Counted from the stretch's first letter, positions 37,701 through 49,997 are shown. The stretch: DNA of 64,000 nucleotides from Raillietiella orientalis (GCA_036172245.1 JAYWIR010000070.1:186001-250000), one strand, 5' to 3'. A program made the numbers and translations. The notes: generated by a model from the sequence alone, not told the origin.

Positions 37701-39667
37701 GAATGGACCGGTTTCTCCGATGAAGGGTCCTCCTCCTCGCACCACCAACAATTTCTCGTACGCCCTCGGAAAACGAGAACCGAAGAATGTGCCTCTGCGT
37801 GCATCGCTATGCGATGGGTATTCCGCCAATGGGTATACAAAGTGAAGAGACAGCAGGCGTCGCTTGGCGGAAAGAGGATTCCGTCTGGCACTTCCCTACG
37901 TTGCGGAATTCGATCCTCGTTTGTTCGGCAGCTGCCAGGACGCTGGCTGTCGGCGCTCCTTCCTTGCCGCGTAGCGCATTCCCCAATTGTACGTGTGGAT
38001 GATGCTTGGTTTCTCGCAAGACGGAAGCGTCGAGAGAGTCCTGACAGTGGGAATGCAAGCAGGGAAAGCCTGGTGCCTTGGGACTTGCTTCAAATTTCCC
38101 CGATTTCCGCAACACCAGCAAAGAGCTCAATTCCTGCAAGAACGGATGCTAGCATTCGTTCTTCCACCCTCGCGCGGTCCTCAAAGAATGTGTGCATGTG
38201 CTACGATATCGCCACAGCTTGCGAAAGACGACACGGATCTTTGCTGTAGGCAAAGGAGCTGTGCGTGCAAACAAAGGCGTGGGAAATGATATGGTCTCAT
38301 CTACATTTTCCGCAATGTCGAGGAGTACTGCAAGTCTGCGTTTTGCCCACGGTCCCGTTTCGGCCTGCTGCCACGTTACGTATTTTCCGTGTGACGAATA
38401 CGGGAAACCATTCTGCGTAGGAACATGATTCTCCCAGAGTTCTTTCTGTCTCGCGGCACTTCTTCGCTGTCAGCCCTTGTGGTCACGGTTTCGAGTCTTC
38501 TGAGTTCTCAGAATGATTGGAGAACAAAGCTAGCTGATAGCAGTGCGCGCAACAGAAGAGCAAGCGCGTGCTGCGTATTTCCGCGTACGCCAGCAAAGAC
38601 CCTCCGCCGTTTCGGCTTTTCGAAAGAGCAGGCGGAAAGCCATCTGACTGCGTAATCAAGGATTCGGTTTTGCGCTGTTCGGCATCCTGAAACATTTATT
38701 CTCAAGCCCGAGTGGCACGAATATGTGTTTGTTAGCGTGTGTGTGCGTTTTTTTCTTGTTTCTTCTGAGAAGCGGTTTCATGGGAGTTTCGATCGTGCGA
38801 CCTCCACCAACATCCTAGGGTAGACCAGGAACGAGCCCGTGGCAAGACCTGACAGTAGAAATGCAAAAGAAAAAGGCGGAAGAACGTCCGCACAGCCACG
38901 CTGTCACTTTGCCCAGAAGTCCAGCGCGTGGAACCGTCTGTCCTGGCAATGGGTGTCCCGCGGCTCCTCTGCATGTGGTGCTGCGGCTGCAGCTGCCGAG
39001 GTGCGCGATCTCATCTCGCCACTCTGAGGGGCGCGCGCGTTTCTCGTTTCGTGGAAAGAGGAGGATGCCTGCCTACGTAGCTGTGGGATATCCGGATGGG
39101 GGATGCAGGCGGCTGCGTCATCTGCTCTCGTCGCTTTCTCGATTCCTCCATCCACGTGTTTGACTGCTGAAGCCGGCAACGTTCGACTTCTTTTCGGTGG
39201 CTGCTCCTGGTTTTTCTTCCTGATGGATGTCAACCTCGTAGGCATATGTATGCTGGTGATGATGAATCCCCTTTGCCTTTTGAGGACGAAATTCGTAGAC
39301 GTCTGTGGTCCTTGCCGTCTCTTCGCTGGAGACTTTATCCGTCATCTCTCAATCGCTGGGAGTCAGGTGGGTGTGGGAATGCCCATCGGGTTCACGGGCA
39401 GACGGAACCCCAGGAGCGCCACGAAGGCCAAGGTGCTCTTCGAAACGTCCGCGGTTGTCTCTGCGAGGCAGTTTCAGGAAATGACATGAATGTGATGATT
39501 GGTGTTGATCAGATCTACGTATATGAGTGCAGGTGCTGCATCCCATCTTTGGTTCTAGACGCTGAGGAGGTTTTCCGCATGTCGCTCCACGTTCTCGCCT
39601 CAGCCGCGAACGGACGCTTCCTAACGATAACATCACGCTCTTGATAATTTGAGATCTGCGAGGCGAG
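34758..39667. repeat. Inverted duplication: 34758-35508 and 38917-39667, about 3.4-kb spacer
   Basis: Identical ORF peptides on opposite strands; only two substitutions noticed, both near the ends. Confidence 0.97.
35895..36370 (+). mobile_element. SINE copy (head plus shortened body)
   Basis: GTTGCGGGTTCGAATCCCGCCCTGGGAAG..CGCAAGATGAC, then family body. Confidence 0.7.
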
Positions 39668-40570
39668 TTCGAGTTCTTTTCAGTGGCTGCTGCTGGTGGT
39701 GTTTCTTTTCTCAGAAGAGCAATTTCTTCAGAAGATTTCTTTTTATGAATCGAAATTGAGCGAGTGTGATTTCGAAGGCTTGGATGCCTCTAGTAGTTCT
39801 GGACCATGTGCACTCGTACTCAAGCCAAAGAATGTAGATCGCTCTAGAAAGTGCTGGAATGGGACCACGTCCTCTGCCACCTCACACGGCTCGTGATGGT
39901 TCGGCTTGTGTTGCGACACTGTAGGATTAGTCTTCCTTTGTCTTTGCTGCATTTTGTCAGGAGTGCCTTGGGATGCAGCTATCCAGGTGAATGGGGGCGG
40001 CAGAGATTCTGCGCGTTTGTTTCGGAATGACATCTAATGCAACATAAGATGTTACTGATGTCATAGTTTTTGCTGTTCTATATTGTGTAGCATCCACCTT
40101 GCTCCCGCATCTGCGAGACTTTAAGGTTTCTTCATAGAGAACACACTCTGTTGCATTTCCGTGTTCCATCTTGCTCATCGATAGGGTCGGAGAGATGGGG
40201 CGGAGTACGGTGTTCTCACGTTCGGCTTGCTGTGGCTTTCCGATGGCAGGAAGCCCATCTTGCTCACATGTTCAAGGATTGGGACCTCTTCATCGTATTC
40301 ATCCCGTTTCGGTCTCCTTCAAAAGGTGGAACGCGTGGAATCTTTCCACCTTCCAGCTTGGAAACTGCATAGCTGCTAGTGGGAATATCGGGCGATCATT
40401 TCCACGTAGCCTTTCGACGATTGCAGACGAGGCGAATCTCCTGCAGACGTTTGGATCACTTTTTATCGCTTTGACATGTATCCACAATTTGAGAAAAATA
40501 AAGCAAAGCTGAAATGAATCACAAGCCTCATATAGCACCCCATGTTATTGTATAGAGAGGTTTCAGGGTT

Positions 40571-40637
40571 TCAAAATAGTTTAGTATACTGGTCACCAGA
40601 TAGGTGGTGTATCAGCTATTAAGCTGGTAAGAACAGA
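40571..40637 (-). ncRNA. U2 snRNA fragment (stem IIa, stem IIb, Sm-like site)
   Basis: TCTGTTCTTACCAGCTTAATAGCTGATAC-ACCACCTATCTGGTGAC-CAGTATACTAAACT-ATTTTGA, colinear with the middle of U2. Confidence 0.85.
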
Positions 40638-42560
40638 TTTTACTTCATAATTGCTGCAACTCATCTTGCAAATTAACTCGCGTGGTCCTACTCACTTCTT
40701 TCTATTTCTTCCATGGACTATTCCACTGAGGGTTGTTCGTAAGGAGACTGTTTTTAGCTGAGTTTCTAAGTAGTCCCTTGGATTGCCCGCGTCTTCTGAA
40801 GGGTGGTTTAGCCGCGGGGGACAATACACATCTCTACTACATCGAATGGAGGAGGCTATCATCAGTTTCCTCATTTTGTCCGCATATCTCCTAGTCGTAG
40901 TACTCCATCATTGGGGAAATCCACATTCCTACGCTATCAGTGATAGCACCATTCATGACATTATGCATATTCCCTTCCAGTTCGATATGTTCGTCGGAGT
41001 TCTTCCTTTGATCGTTACACCGGAATCCCTATCGAGAAATTCAGTAAATCATTGCTATTCCCATATTCGCATGTTCTAGAAAAGAACGGCGCTTGCACAG
41101 GTAGGATGGAAAAATCAAGATGCACTGGTGCAACTTCACGGCATTCCTTCGAAGCAAATCCAACCTTTCTGCTTCTCTTCTTCTTAGTGAACAAACGAAC
41201 TTCTATTAGGGGTGTTTATCTTTCGAACTGTTTCTATGGAAAGTGTTAGAATGGCGATAATTCTCCACTAAATTACTTTTCTTTCCGGAAGGTTTGTTGG
41301 CACTTGTCCGTCATGCAATGCAGCAAAGTTGGAATGGGCGGACAGCCCATTCATCGGGTTGGCATGCAAGGAATGCGTGTGCAGGCACTCTGACCTAGCC
41401 TCGAGATACGGTCATCAAAGTAAGGGTTATTTCTGGGAAAGGCCACAGCAAGGAAAACTTCAAAAACTCAAAGGACATGGCGAAAACACTTGAGCAGAAG
41501 TGGAGATTCCAGTTTTCAACAAATTCTCCGACCTCGCCTGCAGTCCCGAATCAAAGGGTCCTGCTTGAGAACACCTCAAGTGTGCAATTTCTGGTTTTCA
41601 GCTCAGAAGGCAACTCCAAGATGGAGGCACTGCTTTGGGTTGACTTTCTTTTTATTGTATGCATGGTAATGAGATTTCGGTCGCCAGCCTTGAGTGCAAA
41701 GTTGTGGTGCATGTGTGTTGCACTCGTCCATCTCCTGCAGAACGAACAAGACAAACTCTTCTCTACCATTCTGTCCTGCTGCCTTAGGATTTGCTGTTCT
41801 TTCCTTTAATTATCATTTTTAGAACTAAAGTGGATGTCCTGCCAATGATATTCACCCGAAAAACACTCCTGCCCGACCAATTCTCCGGTAATCGTTAAAT
41901 ACCGTTCTACCCGGGAAAATGGATCAACCCAGGGTTCCATTTGTAAATAAACAGAAGTATCCATGAGTGTGCTCAGCCACCGAAGAATTCTCCTTGTAAT
42001 GTTCCACATTTTTGTTTCTGTTTTCGTTTTCGAAGGTCCTCACAATATAAAAGTGTGTGTATGAATGCTGGTTATAAGCGATGTGCCAGGACGTCATGAA
42101 TGATACACGCAGTATAGGCGGCAGTGACAGCGTTGGTGACATAATCATAGCTCGACGCCGAAATCTTTTTAGGAATCATTTGAGGCAGAACTTCCGCTCA
42201 TTACGAAGACGAAGCCAGCCTGAGAAAGGTTCAGGAGCAACAGGTTGACAATTAAGGGGGCTTATAGCGCCCCCCTCTATATGGAGCGTTTTCTTCTGCA
42301 ACGTAAGCAGATTCGAACCATCCAACTCGCCTCTTCGATCATTTCTCCTAGTGCATTGGGGATGGGAAGGAAGCGATAAGAATTCCAGATACCTGCCGTG
42401 CAAGCGGATCTTGCAACCGACATCAAAACAGGCGTTTCCCGCGAGCGGAAGAGGCTGAGGAACTCAGCCGGGAAACTCGGGAAACCGTTAGACAAGGATG
42501 GCAGGGAATCACAAATGCATCCGCTCCTGGAGAACAAATGCACCACAAACTCTCGTAGAA
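40638..42560 (-). mobile_element. Decayed Utopia-type retrotransposon ending at the U2 fragment
   Basis: C-terminal MRKLMIASSIRCSRDVY; upstream RT-like remnants (VPQPLPLAG; KKTLHI). Confidence 0.7.
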
Positions 42561-42594
42561 GTTTTCCTAATTCTAGCAGATGCCAGATGATACC

Positions 42595-43050
42595 TCTCCA
42601 GAGAGACACGTGCCGCTCCCTTCGGGAAGCGCCCTTCTGAGAAATCTCGGAAACCTCCCTTCGGAGCTCTCTTTGTAGGAGTAAACAGGAGCGGTTCCCT
42701 TCGGAGAAGAAAAAAACGAAGCGGTCCCTTTCGAGGGTCCCTCCGGAGAGAATAAGGAAGGAGATTCCCTTTGGAGACAACCAGCGTGGAGGGGACGAAG
42801 GGGCGTTAGAGGAATGGACTCCTTTCTCTGGAGTGCTTCCTGGATTCACCAGGTGGTCCCCTTTAGGAGTACACCTATCTTGAAGAATTACATGCACCCT
42901 CGGGTGGCGTGGAACAGTGTTAAGGAGCTGCGTGAGTGCCAGACGCGCGGCGGTTCTTGAGGTACTTGGCGACCCCCCCAAAAAAAAACCTAAAAAAAAA
43001 AAAAAATGGAAAGAAAACAGCGAAACAGAAGAACCAAAAGGAATTCCATC
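42595..43050 (+). mobile_element. SINE body and A-rich tail
   Basis: Matches the reverse complement of 6965-7620. Confidence 0.75.
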
Positions 43051-43089
43051 ATCCTATTCCCCCCCCCCCCCCTTGTCCTAGTGCTGCTT

Positions 43090-43972
43090 CTTTTAAGGGA
43101 CGCAAGGGACAGCGTAATCCCGGCAAGGTGGGAATTGACTTGCTGCATAGCAGCAAAGAAGAAAGTATTGGGGACATGGATAACTCGGAAACTGACGGAC
43201 ACTGCGACCTCGAGTGCCCCACCCCACGGACCAGTACGCTGGGGAGAGCTGCTCAGCATCCCTCCGGAGGAGGTGATGCGTGCCCCAGCGTGCTGGAATA
43301 GTGCAACCCTCCCCATCATCAGTGGCAGGAGTTGGCGTTGCTGGTGTTGCATGGGGGAATCCTATGCAAAGAGCGCCTTCATCGCTGGACAAGGGGAACA
43401 TAGGTGCTCAGTGCGAGACAGGTGCGGGAAGAAGGCCCTCCCGCACCTGCTGTTGGACCGTGCTGCTCTCTGACCTCTTTGGGATTGCCTCGTGACGACC
43501 CTAGAAATCCCTGCGGCCGTCCCCAGAAATATTTTGAAGGTGCATGCCGCACTGCCGTGACCCGCGTCCCTAGCATCTCTGCTGTGCTCGCGGAATCATG
43601 ACGGCTTGAAACGCCAGGAGAAGAGGTCGAAATGGCAGGAACGCCATCCATTGGGAGAGTATATTCCTGAGGTCCGCCTCGAGATGGTCCCACCTGGGCA
43701 TTATCAGGGAGGAACTTGCCATCATCCTGAACAGGCTGCCGGAGACGATTGGTAGCAAACCGTGATACCCCCCGTGTATAAATTCCCCTCCCCTGTTTTG
43801 TTTGTTTATTTGTTTGCGTTTTGTATTCCCTTCCCCCACGCTGCCGAAGAGGACATCGCCGGTCTGAGTACGGTCCTCGGCAGGTTCACTGCTCATGGTA
43901 CAACCAACCGTTCTACCCCAAAAATGTATTTTAATTACTTAATTGTAATAAATGCCCCGGAATAACCGGGTG
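43090..43972 (+). mobile_element. 5'-truncated L1/Tx1 copy
   Basis: VRWGELLSIPPEE, CGKKALPHLLL and WSHLGIIREELAIILNRL; stem CTGCCGA(A)GAGGAC..GTCCTCGGCAG; AATAAATGCCCCGGAATAACCGGGTG. Confidence 0.8.
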
Positions 43973-46900
43973 AGAATCATCCGATCTTAAGGGTTTCCAC
44001 GAGAATGATTTTCCCTCATTGAATCCTTGCATGAATTACATAGGAGGAAAAGACTAAGCTATGGATTCCAGTTTGCAACAAACTGGGTGCAGTGAAAGAG
44101 AAAAGTTGGACCTCATCTGTCCTCGCTGCAGGCAACTGCCCTTCAGAATGCCAGACACAATCCTCCTCTGACACATATTCCTTCCTTTTTCACAGAGTAA
44201 CGGATTAGGAACGCCAGCTTCAGAGCAGATGTTAAAACAGAACCGGCCTCCACGGACCTGAGAACGAAAGTCGAATCTCTACAAAGAGTTGCTGAAGACA
44301 CGGAATTCGAATTGGGTTGCACTGACTGCTTGTCTTACCCAAGTTAACACAGGGCTTAACCCTAAAAATGGCGACTGGGGGGAAATAGGTGTTATCAGTG
44401 AGTTATTATTAGCCCAAAAATCGTGGAGAGAAGTCTGAATCTTTGCTCTGTGGTTTCTCGACGGGTTATTTTTCGTTCCCTTCGTCTACGACACGGAATA
44501 AGAGTTCGTGAGAAACCAAGAGCTCTCTCTCCACCTACCCCTCACTCTTGTGCCGTATTTTCTGGAATGATGTTGCGTTAAAGACCGTAGTGCCAGCATC
44601 CTGGAGGTGATTTCTTCTTCCCAGTCAACGAACCAATCAAGATGCCGTTCCAGTATCTTCCAAATCTCAGTTGATTCCAATAAATGAAGCACAAGAATCG
44701 AAAAGGCAATCAAAGTTGGTTCCACCACCAAAAGCACCATTTTTGGCATAAACGTAAGTTGTCCTGAGGGCTGGTGCTAAAAAATTAAACGGCGCGTTCG
44801 CTCCGTATCCTATAGGCAGCTAGAATCCACGTTGAGAGAATTGGTGCTTGTTGCAGCCTCCTCAAACAGAGTGGTTCCTCCTTAGGTATGCGCTTAATCT
44901 TGTTCGACGGGCATGGACAGGTTTGAGAAAAATTGAGGTTCGTGCAGGTGGTCAGCCAACGCGGGTTGTCTCGTTTCGATTTGTTGGGTTAGCGAAACCT
45001 TTGCCCGGATCCTTTACAAGTTATGAGAATGCCATTTCATTAAATAGGAAACCCATTTCCATGAGTCATGACTAATCTTCAGTGAGGCAAGGAGGCCTCT
45101 GATAAACGACATGCCGATCGAATTGAAATTTTCATAGACGCTTTAAAAAATCTTTGAAGGGACAGAAGGAATGCAAATCAGAAACGTCTGCATCACGTAA
45201 CGCTCCGTAGGTTTAACGTAACGTAGGTTTTGAAGGAGCAAAACCGTGAATCCAGAAGGCTTCCTTGCAATGTATAGACAAAGGCATTATCATGGGAAAG
45301 TGTCCAAAAGTTTCCAAGAGATGCCACGGAGCTGCTTCTGCATGGAAATCGACCTATGCTTATAAATGGATACGTAAATCTTGTAAAGAAAATAGGTATA
45401 GCCAACAGGTATGAAGCCCGACTCCCGCATCTCCAAACAGGAAAAATTCAGGGGGCCATGCCTGCATGGATTTTTTCAGTAGTCTAACTGTTTGCTCGAA
45501 GAGTGGAGAAGTGACGTCGCTATTTTACATGAAGAACAAGAAATTTTGGTTTTTAAGAGTTGCTTGCAACCCTTAAAAACCATGAAGTTGCAAGCGACTA
45601 AGATTACATCAGGAAACCAATTTGAGGTTGTTTGGATTCCAAAAAAATCTATGTAATCAATCTAAAACTCCAGCAATGCATTCAGCTGGAGCCACGAATT
45701 AAAAGTTAGCATCAAACTCTGCTGCTCCAATGATTAGCGATGAAGCAGTTTTTCGTCGAGACAATATGCAGTCGAACTGACGATAAAACTCCATAAAAAA
45801 TTCGGAAGCCGAAATATGATGCTCGTTCATCTTCCTTCTATCGACTCCATCTCGTCGAATTGTCATCTCCTCCCCTCTTTATTACTTCCTCAATAGCTAG
45901 AAGTTCCGGAACCTCAGAATGACGGAAACCACACGAAAGTTTTTTTCTGTTATTGTTCAATCAAAACGGAGATTTATCAAGATGTCATCATAAAACCTTC
46001 CGGTAAATGGCAAGAGATGCGAAACTCACAAAAGTTTTTGACAAATTTAATCATAAAGATACCTCTCAGGATTAGCAAAAACAACCCAAAAGATGACATT
46101 AAGACATAAATCTTCATACATCATCATACCGCAATAGAATTATCGCTGATTCCTGTAAAAACTCAGTGACCCGAATTGCTGGAAGTTTTGTAATGTTATA
46201 AATTTCCTTCTTAATAATTATTGAGAGAAAAACCATGATGTCCATGGTTGAAAGAATATATAATGTAGACAGTAATGAAGAATATATAATGAAAGAATAT
46301 ATAATCAAGACTATTTAATTTTGAACTCTTAGTTCTGAGTACAAAAAGTCTTAACCTAGCAACGGAGGATTTTCATCGTCACCTTGTAAGTCTTCTGAGC
46401 TCGAAATGCTTGCTTTGGATTCTCATTCCCTTTCTGCTCTTGTCTTCTTTCCAATAGTCACATCCCCATCCTCCCAATTTATCTTATAATCATTAATTTT
46501 TAGCTTCCATCTGCTATAACTTCGTGGTAACTAAATAATCATCTGATTTCATGTCCTTTAAACTAGGACCAGTATTTCTCCTAGCCAAGAGTTCAGCAGT
46601 TCCTTTTCTTTTTTTCGCACTTTCACTAATACCACCAGGTCCAGTCTGATCTCCAATGCTTGCTCTATTCCCTTGATACTGGTGCTCGATATATCTACAA
46701 TCACCTACATCACTATCTCTTACTCATATAGCTTCATGTTTAGCGTCCAATCTTGAAGCAGAATTTTCTAAATAGCATCAGTTTCTTCTTGTTTAGAAAA
46801 CACTTTACTAAATGTTTGAATCGTGAATCCTACATTTTCTATAAATTAACTGATTCTCAGTTCAACTCTCGCAATTCAAGGTTCATACTGACTCTCACTA

Positions 46901-49900
46901 CATCGACTATCTACAGAGTCTGCAAGTATAACATCCTCACTCAGTAAGCCTTGTATATCCCTCAAATATATGAGTGGTCAGCAAATGGAATATTCCTATT
47001 TCTACTTTACTATCTTGCACTCTGGATGGCAGCAGTTCTTTTACTGGTGTTGCTCCGTAAGCCAATCAAGTAATATTTCTCTGCAATCGCTAGTGATTTC
47101 AAGGATTCATATAGTTTATATATAGTTTGATTTACTTATTAATTTATCTTCCTGTTTTGACTAAACAATATGTTGTTTGGACTTCACCTACTTTATCATC
47201 ATGTTCTACAAACTCGCCGTCAATAAGCCTGTAATTTAACTTTTAAGGCAATAGTTTTGTTGCATTTTTTTGGTAATTTAACTTTGGAATGTTTGGTCTA
47301 TGGCCATTTCAGAATCATCAAGTTTTCCAAGGCATGATTTCTTTGCATCAAAACCACTGACATAGCACCTAAACACAACCTCAAAACTCAGAAATCCTGA
47401 TACATCAGGAAGTAAATCGTGATACATCAGGATGTTGTAATAATTAAGTTTTCAAATATTGTTTCCGTCAATCTAATTAAGCCATGCAATCGATCAACTT
47501 GAAGTCAAAATTTTCGTTGTATAACCATTCACTTTCCAGTATTCATAATGAGATTCACAGTAACAAATTATTTTTCATTTTTTTAAAAAAATGAAACCAT
47601 ATCCAATACATTTCGATGTACTTAGTTGCTTATTCAGAAAAACCCTTCCGTCGACTGTACTATCGTAATCTCAACTGTGAGATCCTATGCTATTTCATTT
47701 AATGTTGCTTTAAGTTGTCTAAACGACTTTGTCTAATTGACATGACATTCAAAATATTTCTCCAATAATGATACTTTCACTAGCTAATTTAAACTATTTT
47801 TCAAAGATTTAGCTGAGTCAGTGAAATGAAGATGGTGAACGAGAATATCCCATTTCTGAATTTTTTATGAGCTTTTATTGACATGTTCGACCGCATAATA
47901 TCTAACAGCGTCATTGTATGATCATTCTCCTCACCTTCAGAGATCTCTTTCATTTGTTTTTTTACTTCAGTACTAAATTTAATTTTCCATCATTAAGAAC
48001 CATGTTTATTTTAAATTTATTTCAAGTTCATCCTCTTTGTCATTCAGTTCAATCGAATGCTACACTTGAAAATGCAATCTCACGAATCAACACTTCACAA
48101 ACTTCTAGTTATGAATAGTGCTAGTATGTATTCTAATAATGTATACTTTCTGTTTATCTCCACTACAATGCTGGCCATCATGCCACAAGGAAGAGAGGTT
48201 TTATATTCTCTATATTTTTTCTAGTTTGTCGCTTGTCTTTGGACTAGAGCTTATTGCTTGGGGAACTCTCAACTGAGGAACCTAGGCAGTCTTACTTTTA
48301 ATATCGGCCACATTAGATAGTGTGAAGTAAAATATCAACAACATCCAAAGGAAACTGGTATTTCTGGTTAAATATTTTTATTCCCGTGTTCTCATGCTCA
48401 TTAACTACATACTGTTAACTGCTTTAAGCCAAGAGTTCAGGTTTCATCTTCGGGGTTTTATTCCTTCTCTTATTTGAAACTCTTATGTGTTCAGTTTTTC
48501 GGGATTCTTGAATTAGTTTTATTAATTGGAATTGGCTCTGGAAATACATTTACAGGAGCAGTAAATACAAATAATACATTGTACACTGTTGCACAGTTTT
48601 TTAGAGTGCATTGAAAGCACACGGTTCATTCTCAAATACGTCATCTTTGCATCTAAAGCTTCACACGAAGAAGAAAATCTGTTTATTTGTGGTCAACACG
48701 TTAAATATGAAGTATAATTTTTCCGCTTAAAAATAAAATCATGATCCAATTATCTGCTAGTTTATATGTTTAAATCCAAATAATCTTCCACAGGTGTCTC
48801 GCGTATTTTTCAAGCATGTCATTATATTTATGATTTTAAAATTGATTCATAGAAAAATGCACCTATCTCTAGCTTTTCAAAGAAAATTGCCTCATCATAC
48901 ATTTCTGACCCTGTTAAATTTTGGATTTCGGATATTGGCACTCCTTTGGCTTCTTCAATAAGTGCTGAAATGCAAGTACTTCGTGGTATTGGTGATGTCC
49001 CTGATTTTGGTTTTACCCTATAATTGAACCGAAGTATTTCGTGTTGAATTTCCCAGTGCTGACGATCTTGAATTGTTGCAGTTAAAAATTAGCTCAGTTT
49101 GGAACGATCGTTTCAGACAAACTCATTTTGAGATGTACAACGCACCGGTTTAAAATGAATGCCAATTGTGATAAGGGATTCACGGTTTGTTGATAATAAA
49201 GCATGTGTCCCCACCAGCACAGTCCTCGTGTTTACTGATTCTGCAGCCGATCATCGACACCAAAGCAAGCTTACATTTCGGTCAGAATATTTTCATTACG
49301 TAATTGTTAGGCAGCCTTAGGTGAGTGGCAGAGGGTGGGAGGGCGAGGTTTTTCTCAAATACAGACGTTTCACCATCTCGGCTCCGACATAAACTGAGCA
49401 GTGTGAAGTGAAGCTGCTTAAAGCAGCACAAAGTGGACGTTAATTCGAATACACGCGGTGTCCACCGATTCGGATGCATGCGCATGCATTGGTTAATTTT
49501 TTTCAAGATTTCGAATTCATTGGTTTTGAAATTCCTTTTTGTAATGATTTTGTGCATACTTTACTAGCGATTTGATGTCAGTTGCACAATTGCTACCATT
49601 TTTTTCGTTTCTCTTTTTCGTTATTGTATTGGTGATTTGACAATTGGTGAAATGTGAAAGGACGAATAGGAAAATTGACCGAAGATTTAGGTAGCACTTA
49701 TAAGGCTATGAGATGTTAGTAACACCGAAGTTTTGCCATCTTACACCAGAAACGCTAGAAATTTCACAGTACATGCACCAAAATGTGAGAACTTAAATTT
49801 ACTATACAGTGTTAACAGTTTCTTAATGTATAATTTATTTTTATGATTATAAAATTTGAGCATCTTTGGAGAAATTTTAAATCATCCTGCTCATATTGTG

Positions 49901-49997
49901 CTTAGAACATCTCTTAGGATTCAATATCACACTTCATGAGTATTCATCTTCAACCACTTTTCCTCATCACATGTTTGAAGCTGGACAACCTTTGATA

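Noticed and set aside
36789..38249. 486-aa ORF, the longest in the track
   Set aside because: Arg/Ser/Ala-rich with no domain; it looks like a GC-rich or antisense shadow frame.
23546..39868. Shared 18-mer GTGCTGGAATGGGACCAC (23546 and 39851), CWNGT, glypican-like
   Set aside because: Flanks do not align and no other glypican motifs are convincing; a chance match is plausible.
7150..43050. CRISPR-like array suggested by recurring GAAGGG units
   Set aside because: Units are degenerate with no unique spacers, no cas genes are present, and the context is eukaryotic.
43858..43880. Hammerhead ribozyme core in the LINE 3' UTR (CTGAGTA)
   Set aside because: No CUGAUGA/GAAA core geometry, and the other copies read CTGCGT.
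45290..45410. Possible hAT transposase dimerisation-domain remnant (WESVQKFPRDATELLL..STY)
   Set aside because: Too short and degenerate, and no TIRs were found.
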